This document shows, piece after piece, positions 1-10,733 of a stretch of 64,000 bases of DNA. The position numbers and the translations under genes are program-made. This stretch comes from Blastocladiella emersonii ATCC 22665. Lineage: Eukaryota > Fungi > Blastocladiomycota. Each line of letters begins with the position of its first letter. Position 1 is the first letter of the stretch. The stretch spans positions 2,852,001-2,916,000 of the forward strand of contig JANHCV010000001.1 in the NCBI GenBank assembly GCA_025594325.1. The letters are read 5' to 3'. Below the pieces are notes generated by a model, which saw only the letters and a list, made by a program, of their open reading frames with translations, did not search any database and was not told the DNA's origin.

Positions 1-69
1 CGTGAACTGCGCATTGTTGGGCAGCTTGCCCGGGATGGGCCCGTTCGGGACCTGGTTGGTGGTCGACAT
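1..69 (-). CDS. 5' end of a gene running off the left edge (MSTTNQVPNGPIPGKLPNNAQFT...); possibly HAM1-like/DUF4449-type protein
   Basis: ATG at 69 in GCC-ATG context with GC3-biased codons; GKLPNNAQ resembles the G-x-x-P-x-N-x-Q motif of fungal HAM1-like N-termini. Only 23 codons visible. Confidence 0.35.
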   Translation of the reverse strand, partial: MSTTNQVPNGPIPGKLPNNAQFT

Positions 70-389
70 GGCGGCGAGAAGCGCCTGGCGAGAGTAGTGG
101 CGGCGGTGGCGTTCGCAGCGCTAAGGGTCGCGATGGGAAGGTCGGGAAGGGCAGATGCTGTTGTTGTTGTTGCTGCTAGTCTAGCTCGACAATGAAGGAG
201 CTTATCGAGAGTGCATGGAAGGGCGAGGGGAGAAGGGAGAGCAGAAGGCGGCGAGGTCGCTGTTCAAGAGGGCGAGAGCGCGTGGGGCTTGCAACTGACC
301 AGCTGCGGTAAAGTGTCTCCCAGCCACCCAGTCCCTGATCGAGACCCTATAGAACACACTACGTAATTTATCGAGGTACGAGGATAATG

Positions 390-1395
390 TTACATAAAGT
401 CGTCCTCGTCAAAGTCCTTGTTGGTGGTCATGGCGTCCTCCTCGAACAGCGAGTCGTAGGAGGACTGGGCCTTCTTGTTCTTCCACTCCTGCTTCTGCCG
501 CTCCTCCTCGACGCGCTACAGGGCGGGGAGCAATGGTTAGAGTTGCACGAAGCCGTTCGGAAGGGTAGAGGGAGGGAACGTACGCGCTTGCGCTCCTCGG
601 CCTTGACCTCGGCGCGCTTGGCCTTCTCGTACTCGAGCTTCTCCTGGGCGAGGTCGGGGTTGCGCTCGACCTTGGTCTTGTTGAGGCGGTTGATGATCTC
701 GTTGCTGCGGGTCTGGACGTAGACGCGCTTGACGAGCTTGTTCGAGTGGAAGGACACGGCGCCCGTGGCCATGTCGCCCGTCTTCTTGAGGTTCGACGCG
801 GGCTACTCGACAAGTCATGGTGAGCGATGGCCTCATGCTACTCGAAAAGCGACCGTACCGTGTAGATGATGGTCTGGTTGTCCTTCTTGTTGCCCTCGAT
901 ACTGTTGGCCTTGGTCAGCTGGCCGAGCTCCTGCAGCAGGACCTCGGGAATGTCGTCCCACGAGGTGCAGTAGACGTGGTCGTCGACGGGCGCCGCCTCG
1001 TTCTTGGGCGGCGTGTAGAACTTGCCCTTGCGGCCGGCCGGCGCGGACGGAGCCGCGGCCTCCTCGGGAGCGGGCGCGGGGACCACCTTGCACGGCTGCA
1101 GGCGCAGGTAGATGTGGGCACTCGACAGCTTGTCGACGTGGAACCACACGTCCGAGTCCCACGAGTGCTTGATGAGCTCCTCGTCTAGTCGCACGGGGAC
1201 TCGGTGAGCTCGTGCCGCGGCCGCCCACTGACCGCAACAAACGTACTCTCAAACTTGTCCCGGCCCATGTAGATGATGGCTGGGGGCTCCACGACTAGGA
1301 GGGCGGGGAAGGTCCTCAGTCAGCCGAGGTCGGTCGCATGCCGCCATTTCATGAGATACATGTTGCTTACCGTTCGAGGTAAAGTAGAGGACCAT
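390..1395 (-). CDS. CCDC25: CCDC25/Jlp2-like NFACT-R (DUF814) coiled-coil protein, multi-exon
   Basis: Spliced translation MVLYFTS...[38 protein letters not shown]...KANSIEGNK...EIINRLNKTKVERNPDL...DEDDFM* matches the CCDC25 family along its length. Confidence 0.93.
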
Positions 1396-2226
1396 TTTGA
1401 CGCAGTTGCACCAAGTCAAGGCGTTGCGCTCTATTCGCAGCGAGGAGCAGGAGAGCGGAGAAGTTGCCGATGGCCAGCGAGCAGAGGAAAGCGGCTGCAG
1501 ATCGTGGCGTGAATGCACGTGAGGTCTGAGCCACGCGATCCACGACGCGTCTCCCGCCTGGCGACCCCGGCGGAGCGCTCCCCCGTATCAGCCTGCTTGT
1601 TACCGGGTGCAGTCGCGCCAGTCGCACGCCAGCGCCGTGCACCCGAGACCATGACGGATCGTGACCAGCTCCCGGTAACAAGTCGCCGCCGCGGCGGGTG
1701 GGCGACGAACAAGCAAGGGTCACCCGGGCTCGCGCGTGATTGGGCCCTTTTGTGTGTGTGCGCGCGCTCTGGCAGGCGGCCGGAAGGTGGATCACCCTTG
1801 TGTACGGGCGCAGGCGAGCGGGACGGAGGAGGCCGTGCTCGCGAGCACGCGTTGGGCGCGAGTCCCCCCGCCGCTTTCCAATTTTTGTTTTTGAACTTGT
1901 GGGGGCGCGCCGGCGGAACCTGCCTGTTTGTGGAGTAGGCGTCCTTTCCCCACGCGTCGCGTCGCGTCGCGCGCGCGTGGCCCCTTCCCCTCTTGACCCT
2001 CGCGCACCCGCCGCCGCGGCCTGCCCTCGCCCCTTCGACCTCGCTCTCCTCCCCCTCCCTCTCTCTTGTACCACCTCGTCGCAGCGCTGGTCGCTGCTCT
2101 CCTCCCTCCTCCTTCTCATCTCATCTCTCCATTTTGTTGTTCTCGTTCTCGTTCGGCGCGGCATCACCCCCACACGCATCCATCCCCACTCCATCTATAC
2201 ACGATTCCCCACACACCTGCACCACG

Positions 2227-3344
2227 ATGCGCGCCTCGAACGTCCTTGCCGTTACCCTCTCCGTCCTCCTCGTGGCCTTTGCCACGCTCGCGAACAGCGC
2301 GCCCGTCACCGTGCCGCTGTCCCCGGTGCCCGCGCCCGTGCCCGAGCTCACCAAGCGCGAGCCTTCGATGCGCATCGTGTACGTGTCCTGCTCTCACGCG
2401 CGCTTCGACGCTCGCGACCCGCCGTGTCATGTCGGCCTGGCCGCGCGTGCGCAACTGGCGCTGATCGCGACCATGATGCCTCGGCGGCCGCGCGACGCGT
2501 CGCGGTTTGATTGTTTCCGCTTGTTCGCCTCGACTGACCCGACCACGCGCGCGCGTTCCCCGCTTGTAGCCGCCGCATCGTGCGCGTGACGCGTACCGTG
2601 ACCGTGACGGCGCGTGCGACGGCGACGGCGACCAACCCGCCGCGCGGTCAGGTCGACGCGATCGTGACGGAGCGGCCGACGGCCACGGCGACGGTCACGA
2701 CGTCGCGCGGCGGCTACTACGTGCCCGAGCCGACGCCGACGCCGCCTGCGGCGGACCCGATCGTGCTGCCGCCGATCCCGTCCAACGTCGCGATCCCGCT
2801 CGGCGGGCCCACGGCCGCGAGTGTCGATATCTCGTACGCCATGGTCGCGGCCGTCAACGCGGTCCGCGCGGCGGCTGGGCTGCCCGCGTACTCGGTCGAC
2901 AAGTACGTTCCCTCCTCAGCCTCGCTACCCGCCGATTCGAACGACCACTTACTCAGCTTCGCGAGAGTAGGAAACTCGCCGAGTCGTGCAACGGGCACTC
3001 GCTGGACCAGGCCAAGAACAACTTCATGGGCCACAACGGGTCGACCGGGTCGAACCCGGCGTCGCGCGCCTCGGCCGAGAACTACGACTGGACCTTCATT
3101 GCCGAGAACGTCGCCGAGGGCCAGAACTCGCTCAAGCAGGTCATGAACGACTGGATGAACTCGCCCGGTACACTCTCTCTCTCCCATGCGCTCGTCGTCG
3201 ATGGCCATGGACTGACCACCGTCCCGCGATCTAGGCCACAAGGCGAACATCCTCTCGGCCAAGGCCCAGGACTTTGCCGCGGCCGTCGCCCGGTCCGCGT
3301 CCGGCACCTACTACTGGACCCAGTGCTTCGGCGTCGGCCAGTAG
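2227..3344 (+). CDS. Secreted CAP/SCP-domain protein (signal peptide, Thr/Pro-rich linker, CAP domain)
   Basis: Hydrophobic signal MRASNVLAVTLSVLLVAFATLANS; C-terminal VNAVRAAAGLP...MGHNGSTGS...AENVAEGQ...WMNSPGHKANILS...YWTQCFG; introns near 2378-2569, 2903-2969, 3168-3233. Confidence 0.88.
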
Positions 3345-3676
3345 ACGGCGGGATCGCGCCTCGCTCATCGACTCGGGGCATCGTCAAGTCGCTCATCAAC
3401 CGGTTCGGGCATACCCACCACCAGTCGCACGACGTGGCCACCAAGCTGCCGCGACCCACCCGCAACACATTTCCCTCCCTCCCCTCACCATCACACCTTG
3501 CACTCATCCGAACCTCCTCCATCGCATCGCAACAACCAACAAACATGGCATCCACCCACTCCATCTCATCTGCTCGCTCGCTCGCTCGTCCCCTTAGCCG
3601 TCTAATACACGAGCTCTCTCTCAAAAACAGTCGAAGTATCACATTTGTATATCAGTCAGCCCTCCTCCTCGCTCGC

Positions 3677-5407
3677 TCAGTACTTGTCCCACCCGACCTC
3701 GGCGAGGCGGTCGACCTTGACGAGGACCTCGCGCTCCATGCGGTCCTGGTACGCGATCATCTTGTTGCGGTAGTACGCGGAGTGAGCGCCGAGCATGCGG
3801 ACGGCGAGGAGGCCGGCGTTGGTGCTGTTGTTGATGGCGACGGTAGCGACGGGCACGCCGCGCGGCATCTGGACAATCGAGTAGAGCGAGTCCTGGCCGT
3901 CGAGCACCTTGAGTGCGACGGGCACGCCGATGACGGGGAGCGGCGTGATGGCCGCGACCATACCGGGCAGGTGCGCGGCGCCGCCGGCGCCCGCGATGAT
4001 CACCTGGATCCCGCGCCGGTGCGCGGCGCGCGCGTAGTCGACCATGCGCTGCGGCGTGCGGTGCGCCGACACCACCGTCAGCTCGAACGGCACGTCAAAG
4101 TCCTGCAGGAACTGCGCCGCCGCCTTCATGACGGGCAGGTCGCTGTCGCTGCCCATGATGATGCCGACGAGCGGCGCGGCCGCCTTGAGCGCCGACGGAA
4201 GCAGCGCCGACGCGGCTGCGGGGTCGGCGGACGCGTCGATGCCCTCGTCCGCGGCGAGGAGCTTGCCCATGTGCAGCTGCAGCTCCGGAAACGTGGGCGC
4301 GACCACGGTGATGTGGCCCATCTTGCGGTCGGGCTTGCACCCGGCCTTGCCGTAGAGGTGGACCGTTGCGCCGGGGATGGCCGAGGCGGCGCGCGCCGAG
4401 CGCAGCGTCAGGTCGAGGTCGCCCGAGGGCCGGTGGCCGAGGATGTTGAACATGGCGGCGTACGGGACCTTGAGGTCGGGCGACCCGATGGGCATGCCGG
4501 CGAGGACGCGCACGTGGTTCTCGAACTGGGACGTGTTGCACGCCTCGATCGAGTAGTGGCCCGAGTTGTGCGGGCGCGGGGCGAGCTCGTTGAGGAGGAT
4601 CTCGCCCGACTGCAGGTAGAACATCTCAACGCCAAAGATGCCGGCGCCCGTGAACGACGCCACGGCCTGCTTGGCGACGTCGGCCGCGCGCTCGGCGAGC
4701 GTGCCGTCGATCTGCGCGGGGGCCACCACCACGTGGCAGATGTTGCGCGTGTGGACCGTCTCGACGGTCGGGTACGGGACCACGGTGCCGTCGGCGGCGC
4801 GGACGACCATGACGGCGAGCTCGCGGACAAACGGCACCCACTTCTCGGCGTACAGCGCGTCTGCGGCGCCCTTGGGGTTGAGCAGGGCAAATGCGCGGTC
4901 CACGTCGTCGGCCGACTTGACGACGCAGTTACCGCGGCCGTCGTAGGCGAGGCGGCGCGTCTTGAGCATGAGCGGGAACCCCCACTTGTCGCCGAGGGCG
5001 CGCAGCGCGGGCACGTCGGCGACGGCGGCAAACTCGGAGACGGGGACGCCCGCGGCCGCGAGGTGCTGCTTCTGGGCAAACTTGTCCTGGATGGTGCGGA
5101 TCGTCGCGGGCGTCGGGTACACGGCGATGCCCGTGTCGCGCACGAGCTCGTCGAGGACCGCCGTGTCGACGTGCTCGATCTCGACCGTCAGCACGTCGAG
5201 CTTCTGGGCGCGCACGAACGCGCGGATGTCGTCGGCGCGCGCAAAGCTGCCGCTCGCGACCTGCACGTCGCCGCCGAGCAGCTGCTTGGCGGGCGTCGCG
5301 GGACCCTCGTCCAGGCACACCATCGACACGTTGAGGCGGTGCGCGGCCTCGACCAGCATGCGGCCGAGCTGCCCGCCGCCGAGAACACCGATGCGTCGCG
5401 AGTCCAT
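3677..5407 (-). CDS. ADE2: Phosphoribosylaminoimidazole carboxylase (fused PurK+PurE), intronless
   Basis: [21 protein letters not shown]-grasp ([12 protein letters not shown]), then [14 protein letters not shown]...SAHRTP...[11 protein letters not shown] PurE domain. Confidence 0.97.
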   Translation of the reverse strand: MDSRRIGVLGGGQLGRMLVEAAHRLNVSMVCLDEGPATPAKQLLGGDVQVASGSFARADDIRAFVRAQKLDVLTVEIEHVDTAVLDELVRDTGIAVYPTPATIRTIQDKFAQKQHLAAAGVPVSEFAAVADVPALRALGDKWGFPLMLKTRRLAYDGRGNCVVKSADDVDRAFALLNPKGAADALYAEKWVPFVRELAVMVVRAADGTVVPYPTVETVHTRNICHVVVAPAQIDGTLAERAADVAKQAVASFTGAGIFGVEMFYLQSGEILLNELAPRPHNSGHYSIEACNTSQFENHVRVLAGMPIGSPDLKVPYAAMFNILGHRPSGDLDLTLRSARAASAIPGATVHLYGKAGCKPDRKMGHITVVAPTFPELQLHMGKLLAADEGIDASADPAAASALLPSALKAAAPLVGIIMGSDSDLPVMKAAAQFLQDFDVPFELTVVSAHRTPQRMVDYARAAHRRGIQVIIAGAGGAAHLPGMVAAITPLPVIGVPVALKVLDGQDSLYSIVQMPRGVPVATVAINNSTNAGLLAVRMLGAHSAYYRNKMIAYQDRMEREVLVKVDRLAEVGWDKY

Positions 5408-5731
5408 GGCTGGTTGGGTGGTTGATACAGAGCAATGAAGCGGATATGATCGTTGAGGGAGAGGGGGCGAGGAGGCGCTCGGCGATGGGCGATGATGATG
5501 GCGGCAGCGCGGTCGGCCGGCGAAGGTCGCGACGAGCCGGAGGAACGCGTGCTGGATAGGCGGGACGCGCCGGGACGCGCCGCGCTCCGCCTCGGGAGTT
5601 TGCGGAGCGAGTTCCGCGTCACATGACCGCGCGATCGGCACGCGTCACACGTCGCGCCTTTGCGCAGGGGTGCTGCTTTGCGCTTCGAGCCTCCTCTGCC
5701 GCCCGCCCCCGCTGCCGCGACGAACCCGACA

Positions 5732-7008
5732 ATGAAAGCAAATGCAAAGAGCAAGAAGACGGCTCACGATAACCTGCAGCACGGTGCTGAGGAGCCTCGC
5801 CGCCCGACGCAGCCGCTCGGGTACGGCGTTGGCCGTGTCGTTGCTCCGGTCGCCATCGCGGCTGACCACTCGCTGCGTTGGTTAGCGACAAGAAGAAGCG
5901 CGGGTCGAGGCCCACCCTCGCCCCGCTCCCCAACTCGCCCTCGTCCCCGCTCGCAACACCACCTGCCGCAGCCTTCCTTCCGCAGTCACCGTTCAGTCCG
6001 GGCATGATCCCCATGTTGACTGCTCCCGCGGCGTCCGCGGCGCCTATGTTCCACTACCCGACGTACGCCATCCCCGCCTTCTACCCGGCCCCACCGCAAA
6101 TGGCGTTTGGCTGGGCGCCGGGCGCCGCACCGTCACCGTTCTTTGCCATGTCGCCCACGACCGCACCGATCCCCGCCGTGCCCGCGGCTCCGACGCGACG
6201 CGAGGCGAGCCCGGTGCAGTCCACGTCGGCCGCGTCGCTCGAGTCTGAACCACTCGGCTCGATTCTCGAGAGCGACGACGAGGACGGGAGCGAGGACGAC
6301 GAGCCTTCGCCGCCGCCGCGGCGGTCCAGGACCGTGACCATCGCGCCCGACGCGCCGAGCGCCGGGGTCGTCGCAGTCGCCGGCACCATGATCGGCGACC
6401 TGGTCCGTGACCTCGCCGTCGTCGAGATGGCCGAGGCCAAGCTGCGGTACGCCTCATCCGCCCACACTCCCGCTCTCTCGCTCACCCACCCAACCCGCCC
6501 ACACAGCGCACTCAACACGGCCAAACGCTTCGCCACCGTGCCCGCACCAACCTCAACCGGCGCGCCCGTCCGCCCTTCGCCGCGCGACCCGGTCGCAGGC
6601 GCCGCCGCCAAACTCCTCGGCGAGGTCGTGGTCGCCGAGACGGGCCAGCTGGTGCGCACCGCGATCCGTGAGGCCGTGGTCGAGCACCTGCACCGCGACG
6701 CGGTGCGGCGCATTGTCGACGAGATGGTCGAGGACGAGATGCGCGCGCTCGTTGTACGCGCGCTGCGGCCGAGTACCGCCCTGGACGAGCCCGCAGGCGC
6801 CGCCGCAGAAGATGATGAGGAGGCGGACCTGTGGCGCAACCCCGACGACCTCGCGGCCGCGGTGCGGCACCGTGCGGGCCTGGTCTTGCGCGCCATGGTC
6901 GTCGACGAGCTGCTGGCCCCGCTCGCGGTGAGGCGCGAGGTGTCGGCGCACGCGGCCATGGTCGCGCTCGTCGTCGACACGCTGCTGTCGGGGATCGCGC
7001 ACGAGTAG
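5732..7008 (+). CDS. Hypothetical protein (Pro-rich N-half, helical acidic C-half), about 2 introns
   Basis: ATG 5732, GTACG donors near 5821 and 6447, GC3-biased frame to TAG 7008; no recognisable family motif. Confidence 0.6.
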
Positions 7009-7092
7009 GGTGGAGGGGTAATGACTAAAATTCACCACACAATATGTACAAAAGAAACTACTACTTGCGCGCGCGTACGCGGGCCGGGTCGC

Positions 7093-9878
7093 TCAGTGCT
7101 GGTGGTGCAGCAGGTTCTTGACCGCGGCCTCGATCTTGGTCAGCGGCCCGTTGCTCCCGCCGCTCGCGCCGCTGCTGGACGCACCGCTGCTCGACGACAC
7201 GCTGGACCGATGGTGGCTCGACGACGACCCGTACGAGTGCGAGTGCGAATGCCGTGGTAGACTGTCGCGGTCGTCGCGCGAGGACGCCCGCGATACTGCG
7301 CGCGACGACGCGGGCGACTCGCCCGGCGAGCTGGCCACGGACGAGGCCGCGCCGCCCGTCGGGATCGGCACGCCAAAGTAGCCGCCGTCGTGATCGCCGC
7401 CGTTGGGCGTCGGCGGGATCCGGTCGATCGAGTGGCCCGAGTCCTTGAGCGGCGCGTGCTTGTTCCCCGCCGCCGCGAGCGCACCGCCGACCGGCGATAT
7501 TGGTGACGCCGACGCCAAGGCGGCAGGGTCCGAGGACGCGGGTGGTGTTGCGGGCGGGGCGGATCCCGATCCTGGCACAGCGGGCGGGTTCTCGGTCGGC
7601 GGCGTGGTGGGCTTGGAGCTGCGGCCGAGCGACCGGCTCGCGCTGGGCGGCAGCTCGGGCGCGCGCACGATGCCGAGGACCGTGTGGTGGACGTGCTTCT
7701 TGTCGGCGCGCGTCTTGGCCTCCTTAACCGCCGTGGCGGGGTCCGCCTCGACGTCACTCTCCTCTGCGGACGAGGCGGCCTCGTGGCAGTCACGGATCGA
7801 CTTGAACCACGGGTGCTGGACCACGTCCTGGACCGTGGCGCGGCGGCGCGGGTTCGGGTCGAGGATCCAGTACAGCAGCTCGCGGCACGGGCCGGGCAGG
7901 CGGTCGATGGCCTCGTAGCCCATGGGGCCCTTGGGCCGCGGCGCGAGGCCGGGCTTGCCGTCCGCGTCGGGCGGCGGCGCGTGCTTGGCCTCGTAGCTGC
8001 GCCAGACGCCGACGTACGTCGCGTAGTTGGGGTCGTCGGGCGTCGCATGGCGCCACGGGATGCCGTGGTATGTCATGGCGTAGAAGATGATGCCGCATGC
8101 CCTAGTGTGCGCTCAGTGTGAGTGGTCGGACGAGGATGGGCACGCGTAACGGAAGGGCGCGTACCAGACGTCGAGTTCGCGGGCGTCGTAGCGCGGCTCG
8201 GTAAAGACCTCGGGCGCAATGTACGGCGCTACAAGTCGAGTTGAGGCGGGTGAGACACGCGCGAGTACGTGTATAGGCGAGGACAGCGTACCAGAACCGC
8301 AGATGCCCTCGGACAGGTGCGGGCGCGACTCCCAGCACATCTTGAAGACCTCGGACACGCCAAAGTCGGTAATCTTGAGGCGGCCCGACTCGTCGAGCAG
8401 GAGGTTCTGGCGTAGCGGGTCGAGTCAGCTAACAATTGCGGAAGCCGTAGCCAAAAGAGCAGACGCACCTCGGGCTTGAGGTCGCGGTGGGCGACGCCGT
8501 TCTGGTGAAGGTACTCGACGCCGGAGAGCAGCTGCTTGAAGCAGCAGTTGATCTCGTCGGTCGACATGCGGCCGCCCTGGATGACGGAGAAGAGGTCGCC
8601 GCCGGGGCAGTACTCCATGACCTCGCACCAGTGGTGGTGCTCGTCCTGGATCAGGTCGAGGGTCTGCACGACGTTGACGTGGTGGAGCGACGACGAGATG
8701 CAGAACTCGGCCGTCACTTTCTTGATGTAGTCGCGCTCCGACTCGTGCTTGCGGCGGCGGCGGAACTCCTTGATGGCGTAGCACTGGTCGCCGTCCTTGC
8801 CCGTGGCCGAGCCGGCGGCAGCAGCCACAGCAGCGGCCGCAGCGTCGGCCCCAGCGAGCGGGAGGTGCTCGGCCGACGAAGCCGCCGACGACGCGCCCGA
8901 CGACACGGCGGTGGGCCCGGTGAGCGAGTGGCCCGAGGGCGACTTGGCGCCGGGCGCGGGCGACCCGCGCGGCTTGTGGGCGATGCGGACGACGGCGGTG
9001 GCGCCCTTGCCGATGCACCCCTTTTCACACTTGCCGTACTTTTCGGTGAAGGGGTGGGGCGAGCCGCGGGCGTCGGAGCCGAGGAGCATGGACGCGATGG
9101 ACGCAGCGACGCCGCCGCCGCCTTCATGATGGCTGCCCGACTTACCGCCGCCCTCGCCGTGGTGCCCGCCGCTGAGCTTGGGCGAGGGCGGCGATCCGCC
9201 GGCGGCGCTCGCCGAGCCGCGCGATGCGGGCGACAGCGAGCGTGCGATGCGCAGGGCGCCGTTGCTGAGGACCTCGCGGAACGACTGGCGGCGGCGGTTG
9301 GAGGGCGGCGAGGGCGACGACGGGAGGCCGGGCCCCGCGTGCGCGGCGGGCGGCGGCAGGAGCAGCGGGTTATCGCGCTCCATGGCGGGCAAGCCGGCGG
9401 GCGACGCGACGGGCGAGGGGAAGGGGCTCGGACCGGGCGAGGACGAGGAGGCGGCGCCACCGCCGGCCGATGAGGCGGACGAGGACCGGACGCGCGACGG
9501 GGCCAGGGCGCCCGCGACGGCCACGGCGACGGCCGAGGTGGGCTGGCCGTGCGCGCTGGCGTGCAGCAGGTGCGACGGCTGGGCCTGGTGCTGCGGGTGC
9601 GGTTGGTGGGCCGGGGTGCCGTGCGGGTGCGGGTGGTGGTGGTCGGGCCCGTTCATCAGGCGCTGCAGAAACGACTTGCGGCGCGCGACGGGCGGCGACT
9701 CGCCTGACGGCGACGACGCGGCGGCGGCAGGGCCGGGGTTGCTCGACGTCGAGGACGCGGAGCCCGTGCGGGCGGGCGGGGTCGGCGACGGGACCGTGAT
9801 GGCGATGGCCGGCGACGGGGCGTGCGAGTCGTCGGGGCGCGGCCGTGCGGGCGCCATGCTCGGGAACGGCGTGGTCAT
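7093..9878 (-). CDS. HAL-family (Sat4/Hrk1/Ptk2-like) Ser/Thr protein kinase
   Basis: [82 protein letters not shown]; three short introns at 8.1-8.5 kb. Confidence 0.92.
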
Positions 9879-10733
9879 GGCGCGGTTGATGCGTTGAGTT
9901 GCGTTGGGTCGGGTTGATTGCGTTGCAGGGACGAGTGGGGACGATGGGCAGGAAATGGTGGGGGAGGAGAGATGGGACCGGCCGTGGTGTGCGCAGCAGG
10001 GGTGCGGCGCGTCGCAGTTGAATCACCGGCGTCCACTTCGATGCGACCGTCTCGACGGTGAAATCGAGGGCTCGATGCTTTCGTTGCTGCGAGGGTGGAC
10101 GACGACGAAAGGGTCGCTCGATCGTTCGCTCGCGAACCTTAATGCAGGCCATGCAACTCAGCGACCGTGGAGACGGGGCGCGTGCCGACGCGTCGGCGCC
10201 CACGTGGCCCGCGCAGCAAGCCGCCACGGCCCTCTGTCTCGCGGCCGGGCTGTCTCGCACCTCGCGCTCCCGCGGGCCGGCCACCACGCTCCACGGCAGA
10301 GCGATCGGCGCCCATTCTCGCCGTCTCTGACGGCCGCACTCGTCGTTGCACCAAGTCTCGCCGTGAAGGGTAGAGGGTGCCCGTGCCAGGATTAGCATCG
10401 GGTTTGTCGCGGCCAGCGGTGAGGCTCAGCGGTGCCGCTTCAGTTGTTCATTTTGAACGCCACTCCTCTCTCGCCTTCGACCGCATCGACGTTGCTTATT
10501 CCCTTCTCCTCTCTCGCATCGGAGAACAAACGAACCGACTTCTTGTCTTACTCGAGCCCAGGGTTGTGCAACCGCCGTCGCTCGCTCCGTCCGTCGCTGC
10601 CCCCAATCGGAACCTGGCGCGCGCGTGAGCATCGCTGCGAGAAGACAAGCACCCATCGGTCATCGCATCCGCTCACGACCACCGCCACCGCCACTCTACA
10701 CTCTATCTCTCTCCCCTCCCCTACCCCCTGCCC

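Noticed and set aside
3026-5425. 799-aa plus-strand ORF (and similar long ORFs at 24956-26956, 30095-31399, 36791-38185, 56009-58117)
   Set aside because: Antisense shadows of real genes (ADE2, TKL1, LIS1, sensor, PTC7); GC3 bias removes stops on the opposite strand and the translations have no family motifs.
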